Shown here in pieces: positions 1-18,941 of a stretch of 64,000 nt of DNA (position 1 is the stretch's first letter; each line of letters starts with the position of its first letter). This DNA comes from Pelomyxa schiedti. Taxonomy: Eukaryota > Protista > Evosea. A program made the position numbers and the translations under genes. The notes under the pieces are model-generated. The model did no database searches and was not told the DNA's origin. It saw only the letters and a list, made by a program, of their open reading frames with translations. The stretch spans positions 186,001 through 250,000 of the forward strand of contig JAHLWZ010000222.1 of the NCBI GenBank assembly GCA_020536535.1, in the 5' to 3' direction.

Positions 1-3000
1 CGTGTCGTGGTATTGAAAGAAACATGTGAATCAAAGCCTCCCGTTCCTATTCCCAAAAAAGTGTCAAGATGGTCATTAATTAATTAAAGAGCAGTCACCT
101 TTCTGAGAAGAACCATGGCACGGCCAAAGAGCAAAAAACCACTTAGCAGTACCTACTGAATTTAGAAGGACAAAGGGAAGTTATAGCTTGAGTACAATTA
201 AAGTCGTTATTGGTAATAATACAGCAAGTATAGTGATGGACTTTTTAGATTCATGAGAGGAAATGTCATGGTAAGCTTGAACAAGGTTATCAAGAGCTTC
301 ACGGATAACAAGTTTCCCATTATCCTAGTGTCCAAACAAAATTTAGTTGTTGCAAAGCCATCACTGAGAGCAAACCAGTATATATCTGACATCAGGGAGA
401 ACAACAAACGAACTGTCATCAATAGAATTAGGTGATATCTGTGACGTCGAAAGTAGGTTTCTCTTAAAATCAGAAAGCATCTCTCGCAAGGAAACTAGCA
501 TAAAAGTTCTGCTGAAGGTGTACTCATTCCAAAAGGAAACATTGTGTTTTTGCTCTGTCCATATTGAAAAAGGCACCATTGCATTTGATGAAGCATCCGA
601 GTCTATTTGGAGTAAGTGACAGAAATCCTTCTTTGATGTCGCATACATAAAGTATTTACAAGCCCATCTAGGGTACTGGCAACAGTCCGTAATCGTTCAC
701 CAGCTGTTGTAAAGCTCATGTTTTGCCCATGTCTAAGGTGATTGATCATATCCTCTGTATTAAACGTTCCAGCTGGGATGTAACTATTCTCGATTACCTC
801 AAACCTTGCCGAAAAAGAAAAACCACCTTCGTGCCAGTGATGCTTCATACATAAGGTAGTAAGATTGACGCTGTATTTTAAGTCCTCTTCGCACACAGAT
901 GAACGCAAGAGTTACATTGAAAATGACCACAGCCACTATTATGATGGTGGAAATCATCAGTTGCCTGGTTCAAGGAGTTTTAGAGGGAAAAAGCAAACGG
1001 GTATTAAAGTGCTCATACCAGTATACTGAACTTCTCAATTTTAGGATCTTCTCTTTGTAGACTTGCCATTGCTTGGAATTTACACCTGAATTAAGGTTTG
1101 CTGCCTCACCTTCAAGCATCTCATCAGCTTTGCTTTGTTCTAATGTACGTGGCTCTTCGTGCCTCACACTTAGTTCCGGGAGTTGAGCCTGGGAGTGCAT
1201 GGCAGAATTCAGGGAGGTAGTAAACGCTACAGTAGTCTTTCTATGATGTCCTTCATACCCCGGATCCAACATTTCTTTTTTCTTTGCGGTTACTTCGTAG
1301 TTTTGTGTATCTTCCAAATCAAAGTCAATTGGTGCCACGGAATTCTTCTTCTTGAATCGGGGAGGTTGTTTGGTACCCTTGTTGTGGTGTGACTTCCCCT
1401 ATTGGTGGATGAATAACACATAACGGGTCTTTCTCACAACCTGCATTTCTTCAATAAAATCTGCTCGGGCATACATTGAGGATGCAACCTCGTAGTCATT
1501 ACGAATTTGCTCCAAAAAATGGCCGTAGTGCCTAGTAGCTTTCTTAAGGTAAAGATGTATTTTTAACATAGATACCGCAAAACCTGTAAAAGTGGAAAAG
1601 TTGGATGTAAGTTCAAGTTAAAGCCAATGAAAGAACAATACCGTTGTAGCTTTCGGATATTTAGCTTGCAGTCTTTCAAATATGGTAATTGTACGATGGC
1701 AAGCTTGGTCAAACTTGGACAAAGTATTCTGCAGCTCCTCTACCGAATCTGTCAACAAGAGCTGCCAAAATTTGCAACGCAGATCAGTGGCTTTCTTTGT
1801 ATATTTATCTGCCTCCTTGCAACCCTAATTTTCCAAACATAAGTATTCATGAGAGGAATGTACATAAAACCATCAGTATTTCTTCAAATCCTCCATCTCT
1901 TGATTGCACTACCACTTTACGATATTCTTCCATTCTATGGATTAGTAATTGAATATCCCATGCCGGTTTGTGTTGTTGCGAGCTCCAGAGATGGATGGCA
2001 ACTTGTGGCTCTTCAGAGTTGACAAGTTTCAGCAAAGAGTATAACTAAAAGACTTATCATTGAGAGCTTAGGCCGTGAAAGCATACCACTTCGGTCTCAG
2101 CAACATGTTTGGTATTGGTTCGTGCATCAGGTAGTATTTCTGTGATTCTGTCAAGAAGAGTACTGTCCTATAGGGGATGAGAATGGATAATAAAGATCGA
2201 ATGCCAGTACTTCATCAAAAAATCCAATGAAATGGGAAAATAGATGCAAAATTGTTATCCTTATCTCCCAAAAGGTAAACCCAGTGTTACAATGGGATTG
2301 TACATCAAGGTCGCGCTTTGCTGTTGTAAATGCCGCTACAAGCTTACACCTCAGTTTGTGTGTAACAACCGCGAACCACATTTTACTAGCAAAAAATCCC
2401 AAGGTAGCCAAAGGTAATACACTGGCCCATAATAGAATAAGGCAGACACTCGCTCTTGATGGATAAGCCTATGAACGGGTTTTTGAGATTTGACAAAAAA
2501 AAAAAAGAAATATTCCATACCGCTATTACACCCCCAATAACAGCAGAAAAAAGTAAAGTACTATAAGTGCCCATCTTGAGATGGTTTACCCACCACCTGT
2601 AGTATGGGGCTGTCCACCCAATTACAAGTACTTCAATCAGTGATACCATAGCCATTATTGTGTATAACTGGTAGTGAAATATTAGAAATGCAAGCAGTAC
2701 TTGGATTGAGACCGTTATGGGTCTAAGTAATTCAAAACGGGATAGGGGGTCAAAAAGTGAACAGTGGTACCAAATGCTGAGTACAGTACTCTGTGGTAAA
2801 ATTTATTCTGTGTGTGTTGAATGCGGAACAAAAACCAGAAGCCAATGCAGAGACTCTACACGAGATAGGAATCTTGCAAAGATATGTTTAGAGTCCAGAA
2901 CGAACTCATATTGGAACAGTGTTGACATGACTGTAAGTAAGTTGCAGAGGACAAACAATATAGCTGCCAAAATGCGAGTTGTGGCCTTCTTTGGTATTAG

Positions 3001-3949
3001 CATGAAGGAACTTGCCAAGGGTTTGAAATATTACTGAGAAGTGGCCAATTAACCAAGGTTCAGAACTCATGACAACAAGCAACGAGCAGTGAATAACGGG
3101 CAAATATAAAACTGTGGACCAAATTTCAATCTTTTGTTTATAGATTAGTTGTCACAGTATTAAAAGAGATTGAGAAGAAAAAAAAACCGCACCACTAGTC
3201 TCGTAGTGATTGCAATCTTTCCTTCCACATGAAAGTTTATATTACTTCGGTAATAAAGTGCTGCAATTAACAACACCAGAGCTATAGCCAGTGACAGGTA
3301 AAAATACATCAGTGATGACACAACAAATGGTGATGGATTTGGTGGTAAAAAGGTGCGCAGTCCAACAACAATTTCGTTGAACAGTTGCATCCCATAGCTG
3401 ACATATGATTCACTGGAACTGCTACTGATACTGATACTACTGGATGATGAAAAGGCATTGTTGAGCCCATATCCATAGTTTAGTGGTTCAACTGTGAAAC
3501 TGAGAATCTAACAATCAAAGAACGAACAAGTAAGAAGAAGAAGAGGAGTGAAGAATTGCAGCTGATATTTGAGCAGGGCCAACCTGGACTGCCTGCAAAA
3601 TGAAAAGAGGAAGTGCAAATCTTGAGTAGGAATGCTTTGTGGCAAACAGACAGATTTCAAAAAGCAAGGACCTGAATCTCCCAACGTAGTACACTGTTCC
3701 CCTGTTTGACGATGCCAAACTTGTGGCCGAAGTGGAAGTGGTTCCTTTTTGGATATTAGCATGCCGGCTCAGTTGTCAATGTGTCAAGTGTTATTGTGGC
3801 CGGCGGCTCACTTCATTGTTATACAAAATCCCTGGGCCGAATGGCCTGGATTGTTTACCTGTGTGGGTGGATGTCTCAGTCTCTGTGTCAATGTCGGAAA
3901 CATCATTGGACGTGGTAACGATGTCCTCCTGACTGGACGTTGCTTTCAT
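1..3949 (-). CDS. TmcB/TmcC (tiny macrocysts)-like multi-pass membrane protein with TPR-like region; multi-exon, 3' end runs off the window
   Basis: Minus-strand exons encode successive hydrophobic helices (SLMYFYLSLAIALVLLIAALYY; RILAAILFVLCNLLTVMSTLFQYEF; IGGVIAVWNISFFF), then a helical segment IHLYLKKATRHYGHFLEQIRNDYEVASSMYARADFIEEMQ (1441-1560) resembling the TmcB TPR region. Probable start MKATSSQED at 3949. Family assignment from remembered motifs. Confidence 0.55.
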
Positions 3950-4125
3950 GAGGTGTTTGTGCGGGAGAAGGTGTTTTAGTGTTTTTGTTAAGACCGAGAA
4001 AATCTGCACTTTTCCTTTCGTTACAGTTTACGACCCTCTTCAGGACTCCGAGGAAAACTCCCTTTCCGCGACTGATTTTCTTCGGGGTTATCTGAACTAC
4101 GATCAGGTGTGTTGATCGCTTGGGG
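3950..4125. promoter_or_regulatory. Probable bidirectional promoter between the TmcB-like gene and CFAP44
   Basis: 176 bp between divergent ATGs; position-based inference. Confidence 0.4.
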
Positions 4126-7100
4126 ATGTCAACCCGCCAAACTGCAGAGTCGCCACTTTTCTCGCTGGAGTTTGTTCTTCGCACTTGTGGTTTTCGACTG
4201 TTCAACACTTCTGCTCCCTCTCAGGCACTCGTTCGGTTATGAAAACAACCGTAGAAACAACTTACATTTGGCTCCTACACGAGATGCAGAGGCGGTATTG
4301 TATATTGCAGGTTGTACAGTTCAGGAATTGAACTTGAACACAGGAGAGCAACGAACTCTCTTTCACTCCGAGAGACCAAACTCTGCACTTTCTGTAAGAC
4401 GACTTATGTACCCCTTCCCTAAGTGAGGCATTACCAGGTGAATATTCTCAAAAATATTATGGCAGTTGGGGAACAAGGACCCTATGCTGCAATAAATATT
4501 GTAAACTTATCTACAACGGCGATATTATACGTTTTCTCTGAGGAGGACAGTAAAAATTTCTGTGAGTCTGAATCCAACACCAATCCAACTGGGTATCATC
4601 ATCTCTGCTTTCTATCAAGTGGAGACAAACTGGCCTCCATTTCCTTTTTTTGGGAGTATTCTCTCGTCATATGGGATGTGGAAAGAGCATATATACTCCT
4701 TCGATCAAGGTTTCTTTCACAGGTTGTCATTACTATCGGGCCAATTGAACAATAACAACAACAAAAAAGCCTGTCTTACACCTATCTTTTGACAATGATA
4801 TGAGTCTGGTCAGTTCTGGCGTTAATCATCTTACCTTCTGGAGGCCTGCAAACACTTTTACTGGTCAGAAATTACAAGTAAGTCATCAAATCTTTTTTTT
4901 TTTATCCATTCCTTAATTCCCAAAAGAGAGAAAGTGGCAAATTTGGGGAATTTGACCTCACTGATATTTTTGCTTTCACGGAATTACCTGATGGCAAAAT
5001 ACTCTCTGGAACGGTATTGGGTAAAATGTTGATATGGGAAGGCGGCACTTGTGTCTGCGATATTACGAAAACAAATGGAAAGCCTTGCCATTATGGTAAT
5101 CATCACTCCTAACAGAAACCATGATAGAGACTCAATAGGTAATATCGAGTCTGTCAAGCTGGCAGGGGATGTTATTGCCTCTGCTGGAGCAGATGGGTGC
5201 CTCTCTTCAAAGTGACACCATACTATCACTTATTGCAAAAAGATTTTTTAAACTTTGGAGTTCCAAACAGTTATCTCTGGTTGATACAAGTAGCACTCCC
5301 CATTTTACATTGGAACCGCTCTCTGAAGTTTCTTTTGGTGATAGTGCATATGTGCCCCCAAAATATTTTTGCTTCTAGTACAAACCTTTCAAATAGATTA
5401 GTACTATATTGCACAGTTCACACTACTGGATTACACTAGACAATAAAAGCTGCACCATCCACCAAATTGATGTGCAAGGTAGTAAGCCCTTGTTCCACTT
5501 TCAATCCGGACCCCTACATGTATGTAGTCAAGCTTGATGTATGTGGCATGTCATGAGTATACAGGGAATTTGCCTATCACCCTGTCTTCCTCTTGCAGCA
5601 ACCACGGGGGAAGATATGACTGTAAGATTATTTAACTACAGGACAAAGATAGCCTACACTGTTGAGAAATTTGATTCACAAGGCACCACTTTGGCCTGGG
5701 CTCCAATTGTATAAATCTCATGTAATATCTATTGATTAAACACTATGACAGAGTGTTGATCCCAAGGGTAAAACTATTGCAGTTGGTTTTTCTGATGGTA
5801 TTGTGCGCCTTCTTTCCTGTGGACTGCACAATTTGACCACTATATATGTGGTGAAGCCACATGTGCAAAAAGTGACCAGCATTTCATTCTCTCCATGTGG
5901 CCAGTTTTTAGCAACCTGTTCAGATGATGGCACAATATTCTTCTTTTTGGCCCAGATACCATCATGCACACCGTTAGGTAGATCTGTCATTCCATGGTTT
6001 TTATAAATAATGCTCTTAGGATTCACTTCTATCCCCTCTAGTATTACCTCTCTATCCTGGAGTCAATCGGGAGCTTCCATTGTGCTTTGCACCAAGTCTG
6101 ATGGCCCTTTCCAGTTGACACTCCCTTCTCAATTGGATGTCTTAGACACTGCAACAAGTTATGACATTAATCTGCCACTGAGGTATTTGATTTTAACTAA
6201 TATTTCTAATGTGTATCAAAAAAGCCCTGTCAGTCTCCCATACCTTGAGGTAGCTTGCTGAATTATTTTTTTCTGAAACACTTAATTCTTGAAGCACAGT
6301 GGCAGAAAAGATGCCTTCACTAAGCCGACTCTGTCTGTGTGCACAGATGGGGGAGTGATCCTAATTTCTGTGAGTGGTAATGCCAGCATGACTTATTTGC
6401 CAGATAGGAGGTAACTTGTGACTGGCAAGTCAATTCATAATTCATTCTTCAGGCAAATTGATATTGATATGAAAGTAACTTGTGGAAGTTACGCAAGTGG
6501 CAAACTAGTTTTGTATGTTGTGCTTACATCTTCTTTTTGTCACCAAAAAAAGGGGATCTTCAGACGGATTTATTTCCGCGTGGACAATAGGCTCTCAATT
6601 TTCTTGCCTTTGGAGAAGTAGGTTTCATTCTGGAGCTGTAACAGGGCTTCTACTATCTTTTGTGAGTTCTTGATGAGAAACTTTTCACTTAAGGTCCAAT
6701 AGGATGAACAATTCCTCCTGTCGATTGGTGAGGATGGCAATATTTTTTCCTTTCGTGCAACGAAGCCACACGTGGGAAAGGAACAAGGTGATGAAGATAA
6801 TATCATACTTGTTGAGTGACGATTAAAGATATAACTGAGATACTTGGGCAAAATCATTGTATTCCAATCACAGCACCACTGCCCTCACTGACTTTACAAG
6901 AAGAAAAAAAAAAGGAAATACAAGTCAGAAGCCAGCTTGCAGCCGAAAGAAAAAGAGCCGTAATAACCAACCCTCTGGTTACCACCTTGAGTGTAAGATA
7001 GACAATTAGGAAATAGCTAGTGGAATATCGGATTTGAGAGAGAAGTTCGCATCTCTTCTTGATCGAAGCAAAGTCTTGCCATATGAATACCAACTTCCAA

Positions 7101-10100
7101 CTGAAATTCAGACTGTTGACAACCAATGTATCTCTTTATTATTTCCAGCAGGATATAATTGTCTGTAGGTTTAGCTTCTGGTTTAGGTTCTTCAAAACAT
7201 TAGCCAACCGTAATAAATTTAACTCTTTCATTCTCTCATCACAGATTCAGAATTTGAAGAGGAGTTTTCACCAGTAAAGCAAAAGCTGATCTCTACAATC
7301 GCAAATCAGGATCAGACACTGCAAAAATTGAAGTCCCGCTATATAGATTGCCTCAAAGTACCAAAAATAACTGTCTTATCATTCGAGGTCTGAAATCACA
7401 ATTTTCCATGAGTTAATATGCATATAGTCAAAACTACAGGTATCAACATTCGTACTCCATAGAATGTCAGCTGCGATGAACCATAAGTTGGAAGTTGTTC
7501 ACTCTGAAACGGATAGTACAAACAAAGCAAGGTTTGCCTTCTGATAACATTAATATTATCGAAACTCGGTACAGGGTGAAAAGTGCACAAAAGAAAACAA
7601 CCTCAGCTCACAACCATAGCCTCCATGGAAAACCCTTTAAGATTCCGTTACCAAAAGTTTTCTTTCAGTGTGGAGGAAAAAAACTAACATGAAAGAAAAA
7701 AGAAGGGCACTATGATGCAATCAATAGCAGATACCCGAGTAAGACAAGAAAACCTAAGGAAGCAAATGTGGGAAAAGCATAATATGTCCCGACCAACCCC
7801 CAACCCTGTTGAAGGTGCCAATAATTTTTCTGCCTTGTTCAACCTGAAATCCACAGACATTGCCTCAATCCAACATGTGAAAAACGAAATTGGTGACTTC
7901 CCTTTGAAAATTCTGCTAGAGGATTCTCCAGCTTACAGCTCAGAAATGTTAACAGTAAGATACAAGAGGAAAGAAAAACTACTCTTGAAAGAAAAAATAT
8001 ACCAAGTCAAGAAGGCAAGTGATCCTACATGCTCCTGATATGTCTGAATTATGCCAGAAATTCAACTCACAACTTATATCTCTGAGAGACAAGAAAGCAA
8101 ACTTGCTTAAACAAATGAATATGTGGAACAATGAAATTATGCAACTTAACAAGTCGCTCGGAATTTTTGAGGCACTAAGTTCATCAGAATTAGCTGTATT
8201 ATTCTTCACAATATAAAAATTAATTCCAAAATCAATATCACACAAAAAGCAATGTGAGGAACCTGAACGAGTGCTGGTAATTTCGAATGAAGAGACATTG
8301 GCGAGTGAACAAAAGACACCCACTCTAGTATACACTTTTTTTATTCTCACTTATGCCAATGTCCTTCAAGAGAATCGATAGTGTCTCCAAGTCAGCTATC
8401 AGTCCCGATAAACCAACACCTATTTCCACGTTAACTGGAGGCTTCCGGCATGCCAGACACAGCACTAAGAGACTTTTGTCTGTAACTAATTTATTAAGTA
8501 TAAAGGGTACAGGTTTGTAGTCACATTTATAATTATTCTGCGAAATTCAGTTTGCATGAAGATACATTAGCACCTCTAAGAGGGAGTAGTAAGTTCAGCT
8601 CTTCCTCTATATCCGTTGGAAGTGAACTGGAAGAGCTAGAACAGAAAATTACACAAATACAGAGTACATACCTGAAGAATGAGCTCTTAGAAGTAAGAAA
8701 TGTTAATGAAAGGTTCTTTTCTCAAGAATGTAGAAAATAAGGATCTACAGTGCAGCTTTTGATCTGGAGTTGAGTGCCCTACGAAAAGAAAAATTTCACA
8801 TTGCATCAGGTTGGAATCTCTTTAGTACAGAGTGTAGAGAGTGACCACTGAATCCACAAGATGTTAAATTTATGGAACTGAAGCTCACTCTTCTGAAGAA
8901 AGAAATCTACATCCTCAAGGATTTTGAAAAGCAAGCTTGCATTCGGACCAACGCCATCGAAGCCAAGAAACAGGAGCGAGCACAACAACTTGCTCAAGTG
9001 TGCTTTTTTCCTTCCTTACAATATGCATATCCCGAAGACAGATTGAAGAACTTCGTTCAAAAGAGAAGGATGAGCTACCCCAATTACTCCTAGGACAGAA
9101 GTCCATTAAACATTCCGACACCCACGTATGTCCTTTTACATTATTTCTTTAGCCTTCCCTCTAACACTGTCTACAGGAGACAAGCTCTCCAATGGAACTC
9201 TTATACAAGAAGTTGGACCTCATTGAGGTTTCCTTATCTGAAGCCGAGAACGGCATGAAGAACCTGCAAATTGACAGAAAGCGTAAGCTGAATGACTTGC
9301 ACACAGTGGTAACCAATCCCACAGTTTATTGTGGTGAGAGCTTATAACGACTTAGGTTGCTCTCGGCCTTCATCAAATCCAAACAACACATGTCAACGAA
9401 ATGCCAGGGGATTTCTCTTCTTCGATCGTGTTTAGCCAAACTCAGCTTGACTCCCTTCACAAGAGGATTGATGACATTCAGATGGATAACCAGACCCTTC
9501 ACCTTCAAACAAAATTGAAAAATAAAGAATTACAGGCTCTGAGGCAACAAAAAACTACAAAGGAGAAACAGGTTAACTCACAAAAAGAAATGAAGGCTCT
9601 GATAAAAACTTCCAGGTCAAGGAACTGGAAAATAAATCACAGGATTTACAGGTATCTTTTTTCTCATTATTACTCAAGCACGTGTCACTCAAGTGCTATA
9701 GTTGCGAAAGTTTGGGCAGCTGATACCAAATATTGAGCTGCTGGATCAACTTTCTGAGAGCAAAACAACCGATGATCTTGAGAAGCAAATACAACAGCAA
9801 GAAAATCTTTGGGCCGCTAACCTTGTACAATTAGAGGTAGTGTTACTTCCTGAATGCGTTGAAGTTGACAAAAATATGTATTGACACCAGGTCAAACTGA
9901 AAGAGGAGAGGCAAGAGTATGTTAGAACTGTAGAAATGAACACCGAACTCCTCCAGAAATTGCATTCAATATCTCTTGAAGAATACCACCTAGAAGAACT
10001 CCTTGGTGCCTGTTCAGAGAATAAGGTCACAACTGCCATCATTCTTGGCTTTCTAAACACCCTGTTCTTTTTTCTTCAGGTAAAGGAAGCCTCCACAGCC

Positions 10101-10217
10101 AAAAGGCTGGCACAACTCGAAGCAGAAGCAGAAAAACTCAATGAGACAATCCAGCTTCAGCAAAAAGAGCTCAGCACCCTCGACGTCCAAATTCAACAAG
10201 AGCAGCAACACTCCTAA
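4126..10217 (+). CDS. CFAP44: Cilia- and flagella-associated protein 44 (WDR52): WD40 repeats plus long C-terminal coiled coil; many introns
   Basis: Spliced start MSTRQTAESPLFSLE|HSFGYENNRRNNL; later exons HLTFWRPANTFTGQKLQ and GKFGEFDLTDIFAFTELPDGKILSGTVLGKMLIWEGG match the CFAP44 N-terminal propeller as I recall it. WD repeat KPHVQKVTSISFSPCGQFLATCSDDGTIF; coiled-coil exons from about 7000 to 10217. Confidence 0.85.
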
Positions 10218-10372
10218 GTCACCTTTTTCTCCAGTTTCAAAATTTCATAAACAACTTGGTTAAATTACGTAATTGTCAAATATGTCACTGCGTTATGGCT
10301 TGGCCCCTCTGCTCCCTGTGTCCATAAAGTCTCTGTCTATCGTCAGCGCACCATCATACTACAATTTTTTTT

Positions 10373-11785
10373 TTGTCCCAACCCCTCTTTAGACCCAAGA
10401 AGACCACAGTCACCCAAAACTCCGTGCAACCAACGGCCGTGCCTCCGCCATCATCGACGACTGCGAGTGCAGCGCCAAAGAGCGACCCGAAATCGATTCC
10501 CACAATTGGCTACACGCCCAGTGCGCCCAGGGCAAAACAACCCCCACCACCCAAGGCCCTTGTGCCGGCCATACCTGAACAAGCCGAGGTACCCCCTGTT
10601 CGCGGGACTAATTGTGGGAACACCCCCCTCACAAGAGAATGCTCTTTGCCGCTGTGCACTTGTGGTGCCAGTTCCGTGTATCAGTGTCAGTGCTCTCGGA
10701 CATTTTGCATATGTTGCTTACTCCTATACGCAATTAACAAGCGGAATCCGGATTTGGGAACACTTGTACTCAAGACTTTGCCTGATGTAAGATGTTGTTG
10801 ATGGCAGCTTCTCGTTCTTTTTTTTTTTTTTTTGGGTTTTTTTTTTTTTTTTTTTGTTTTCTCACCATACGCATAGTTGGGAGCTGCGGAAGTTGACTGC
10901 CCAAGTTGCCGTCAGACTTTTCATGTTGGTCTGTAGTAGCCTACTACCGATCATAACCTCTGACCCAAATTTCATAGATATGAGACCATACGCAAAAGAC
11001 TACTTTCCAATAGAAAGAGGAAAATCTGACACACACCAACACATGTCTTCATCAGGTAAATACCTCTGCAAAAGCGGTCACATTTATTTACATTTATTAG
11101 TTTTCGACAATGAATTGGATAATTGTATAGAAGTGACCTATAGCGCTTTCTTTTCCTCTTCTTACAATCTCACAGATGGTCGAAAAGCGGATTGATGAAC
11201 TGGACACATTAAATCAGCACATTTCCGAGCAATTGGACACTTTTCCGAAAAAACTAGATACTACTACAGGCTGGATAGGTAACCGTTTCCAATGGAACAC
11301 AATCCTCACCGTCGAGTAGAAACTCAGCTGGCCACACAAGAAAAGGCCGTTGCTACCCTTCACACATACCATGAATCCCTGCTCAATCTCGTCAACCAAT
11401 GCAAGGAAGGAGGTGACAGTGTATGCCACAGTGCGTGCCTGGAAAGACTCTACTGTGCCTTCGCCGAAAATCCCCTACTCGTGTGTAGTACTACTACAAA
11501 CTATCAATTCCATCCCAACCAAACCACGATAGAAGTGTCATCTCCCACCTATCTCTTCTATCTCCCACCCCATCTCACTAACCCCCTTGCCACCCCCCTA
11601 CCACCAAACAGAATGACTTGCCAATTGCTGCCAAGAAACCAGTGATATCATCAGACGAGGTGCTAATTGTCGGTTGCGATGCAACTGACCCGGTCCCAAC
11701 GCAACTGCGCTCTCGCGACCTCAGTGTACAAGTGGCTGCGTGGGTCATACAAGCCTCTGAGCTCCTGAAGAACAAGGGCTTCTAG
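10373..11785 (+). CDS. Hypothetical protein: Pro/Thr-rich N-terminus, Cys cluster (LCTCGASSVYQCQCSRTFCICCL, possible zinc finger), coiled-coil segment
   Basis: Consecutive plus-strand open frames (10373-10801, 10854-11195, 11292-11645) separated by T-rich intron-like gaps, ending ...ASELLKNKGF* at 11785. Start uncertain; no family recognised. Confidence 0.5.
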
Positions 11786-12041
11786 AATATTCCGCCGAAA
11801 ACGCGGGGAAAGTTTGGCTTTTCGCCTACGAGTCTGACGCAGTCAGAAGTGTAACCCAAATAAAGGAATTCTTGGCTGCGATTTTGGGAAAGAGAGAACC
11901 AAATTCCACGGCTTGTTCCGCAATCATTTTTTTTCTCAAAGCAAGCACAAAAAGAAAGAGGAAGCAGAGCGACGCTAAGAAGAAAAAAAGGAGGGCAACG
12001 CCACACAAAATATTGACAAGAAAACATAGAGAAAAAACCAA

Positions 12042-13744
12042 ATGAGACCAACTCAGACCGCAGATCCGACCACTTCAACAACAAGATCTCGGAGCACGTC
12101 GGGTTCTTTCTTCGCAAGGTTGTTGTCTACGTCGCAACCGGCATCTCCACAAGAAACGATCGCAGATCCAGTGAACAGCAGCGGAAAACGATCCAATCAA
12201 ATAAAAAAACCACAAGCCGCTGATGCCGTTGTCACGCCAACACCGTCGGTACCAATCCCCACAACTTCAGTCATTCACACTACGAGTGATCCGATCGACT
12301 CCGTCAAAAATCCTGTGCCGCTAGTTCACCCGCACTCGCTGCCGGAAATGCAGGACTTATGGGGAACAGCGGACTGTATAATACCACAAGAGCAATTTGG
12401 GCCTACTTCCTTTGGTGTCTATGCCCGTTCAAGTGCCAGAGCAAAATTTGAGGAGAAGTACAGACTGTTGGGCGATGATGATCTCGATGACGACGATGCT
12501 TGGACCGAAGGCAGCTCGGCACCTGTCAAAACCGAAGTTGTTGCAGAACCTCTGGATACTACTCGTATCACCCACTTTCTCATTTGAAGTATCATTAATT
12601 GTATCTCCCACAGCACCCACTGGTGGCCCTCTGAAAATAACTGGTACTCCCGCTTATTCCATCATCTTGGTAGCCAATCCCTTTAAGATATCGAATGTTG
12701 TTATGCTGGGCCTTACGGACCTGCCACGGAAAGTCGAGTGTATTACCCACATTCACAAGTACTTTTTTCTTTGAGGGAAATCCGTCATAATGTGAATATC
12801 TTAAGATTGTATACCGCTTTTCAATTTGTGGGTTGAAACTTGATTCTCGCAATAAATCCCGCGTTACATCCACCATTCGAATTTTGGATTCGACTTCAGG
12901 TCGGGCTCTGGACCAAAAAGTCTACCCTGCAACTCCAACCTTATTTTTGGGTGGTGATCAACTCTCTGGTAACCAAGTTGTGTTCCTGCTCTTACTTATT
13001 TTCCTTTAGGATTCTTTACTCTCTCTTTGACCAGGAAAAAACTTCCGTTTGGCTTGTATGTTTCATTTTCCCATCACCATGCCAAGGCACCATCTAGGTA
13101 CATAATTGAGTATACAGTTTTAGATCATAGAACGGGGCAGACGGCAACTTTTTGTCGGTTAGTAAAGTCCTTACATAGAAAGTGGACTCAATATACACAG
13201 AAATATCAAATATGAGAAACCAACTCAAGTTGTATTAGCAAGAATTAATTTCTATGCGGATAGTGCTTGCTCTGCCCCAGTTTTTCTTAGTACACTAGAA
13301 TTTGCATTTGTAATCCTCTAAGTGAAATACTAGCTGGATGCAAAGGGGAGTCCAGATTTATGAAAATCATTTGTGAAGGGCTAACACCCAGTGGCAGGCG
13401 TATTGTTGCTAGTAAGGAACTTACCAAGTCAACAAACACTAACCAGTGGATAGAAGTTGAATACAATGTACGGGATGTGGAAACTAATCAGGTGTGGTTT
13501 TTTTTTTTTTGTGCCCTTCTGTGTGGCTTTGATTTATGGCACAAAATTGCAGGTGTCACTGAGGACACCCATCACTGCAAAGATAGACACCAAAATGGAT
13601 ACCCCCACTCCAGCAACCCTTGAGTTCACATTCCCTCTGAAACTGACCAAAAGTGGCAGATTCATGATGTGCGTTTCTGTGGTTGATGTGATTAGCAACA
13701 CAAGCCAGTCAATGGAAATTCCCTTCACTGTCATTAGACCATAA
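12042..13744 (+). CDS. Hypothetical protein: disordered Ser/Thr/Pro N-terminus, beta-rich (Ig-like?) C-terminus
   Basis: 181-aa first ORF plus downstream exons ending EFTFPLKLTKSGRFMMCVSVVDVISNTSQSMEIPFTVIRP*, whose alternating hydrophobic pattern suggests a beta-sandwich. Confidence 0.55.
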
Positions 13745-13946
13745 CCTCATAAGGCCTTTGTAAGATTTTTTACAAGTTCAAATTTTTTTTGATTGTCAAC
13801 GCGAACAAAGATACAGCACAAGATTTGGTGTTGCCACAGTGTGGTTTTTGGGTTTGCAAGTCTGTTGAGGGCAGTAGTTATTTTCTGGGGAATGAAAATT
13901 CTCTGCCAAGTGGAGACACAAGAGAATGAATAGAAATTTTTTTGAG

Positions 13947-18714
<4,768 letters not shown>

Positions 18715-18941
18715 GAACTTCGTGTTTGATGGGCGATTGTAAATTTCATCTTTAAAACAATGTTAAATGGGTTTTCTCTTCACAAGTTCTGTGGTTCCAC
18801 AGTGTGGCGGGTGGCTGGAACTCCATCTGTCAGAAGTGAGACTTTGAGAGTTCTCCAATTGCAGAGCTTTGGCCGAAAAGGAAAGGCAAGGATCAGTTTG
18901 GCTCTCTTTTGTTTGACTGTTTTTGAAATCCCGAGATTGTG

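Noticed and set aside
10818-10860. Long poly-T run
   Set aside because: Intronic polypyrimidine tract like many others in the window; no target-site duplication or retroelement features.
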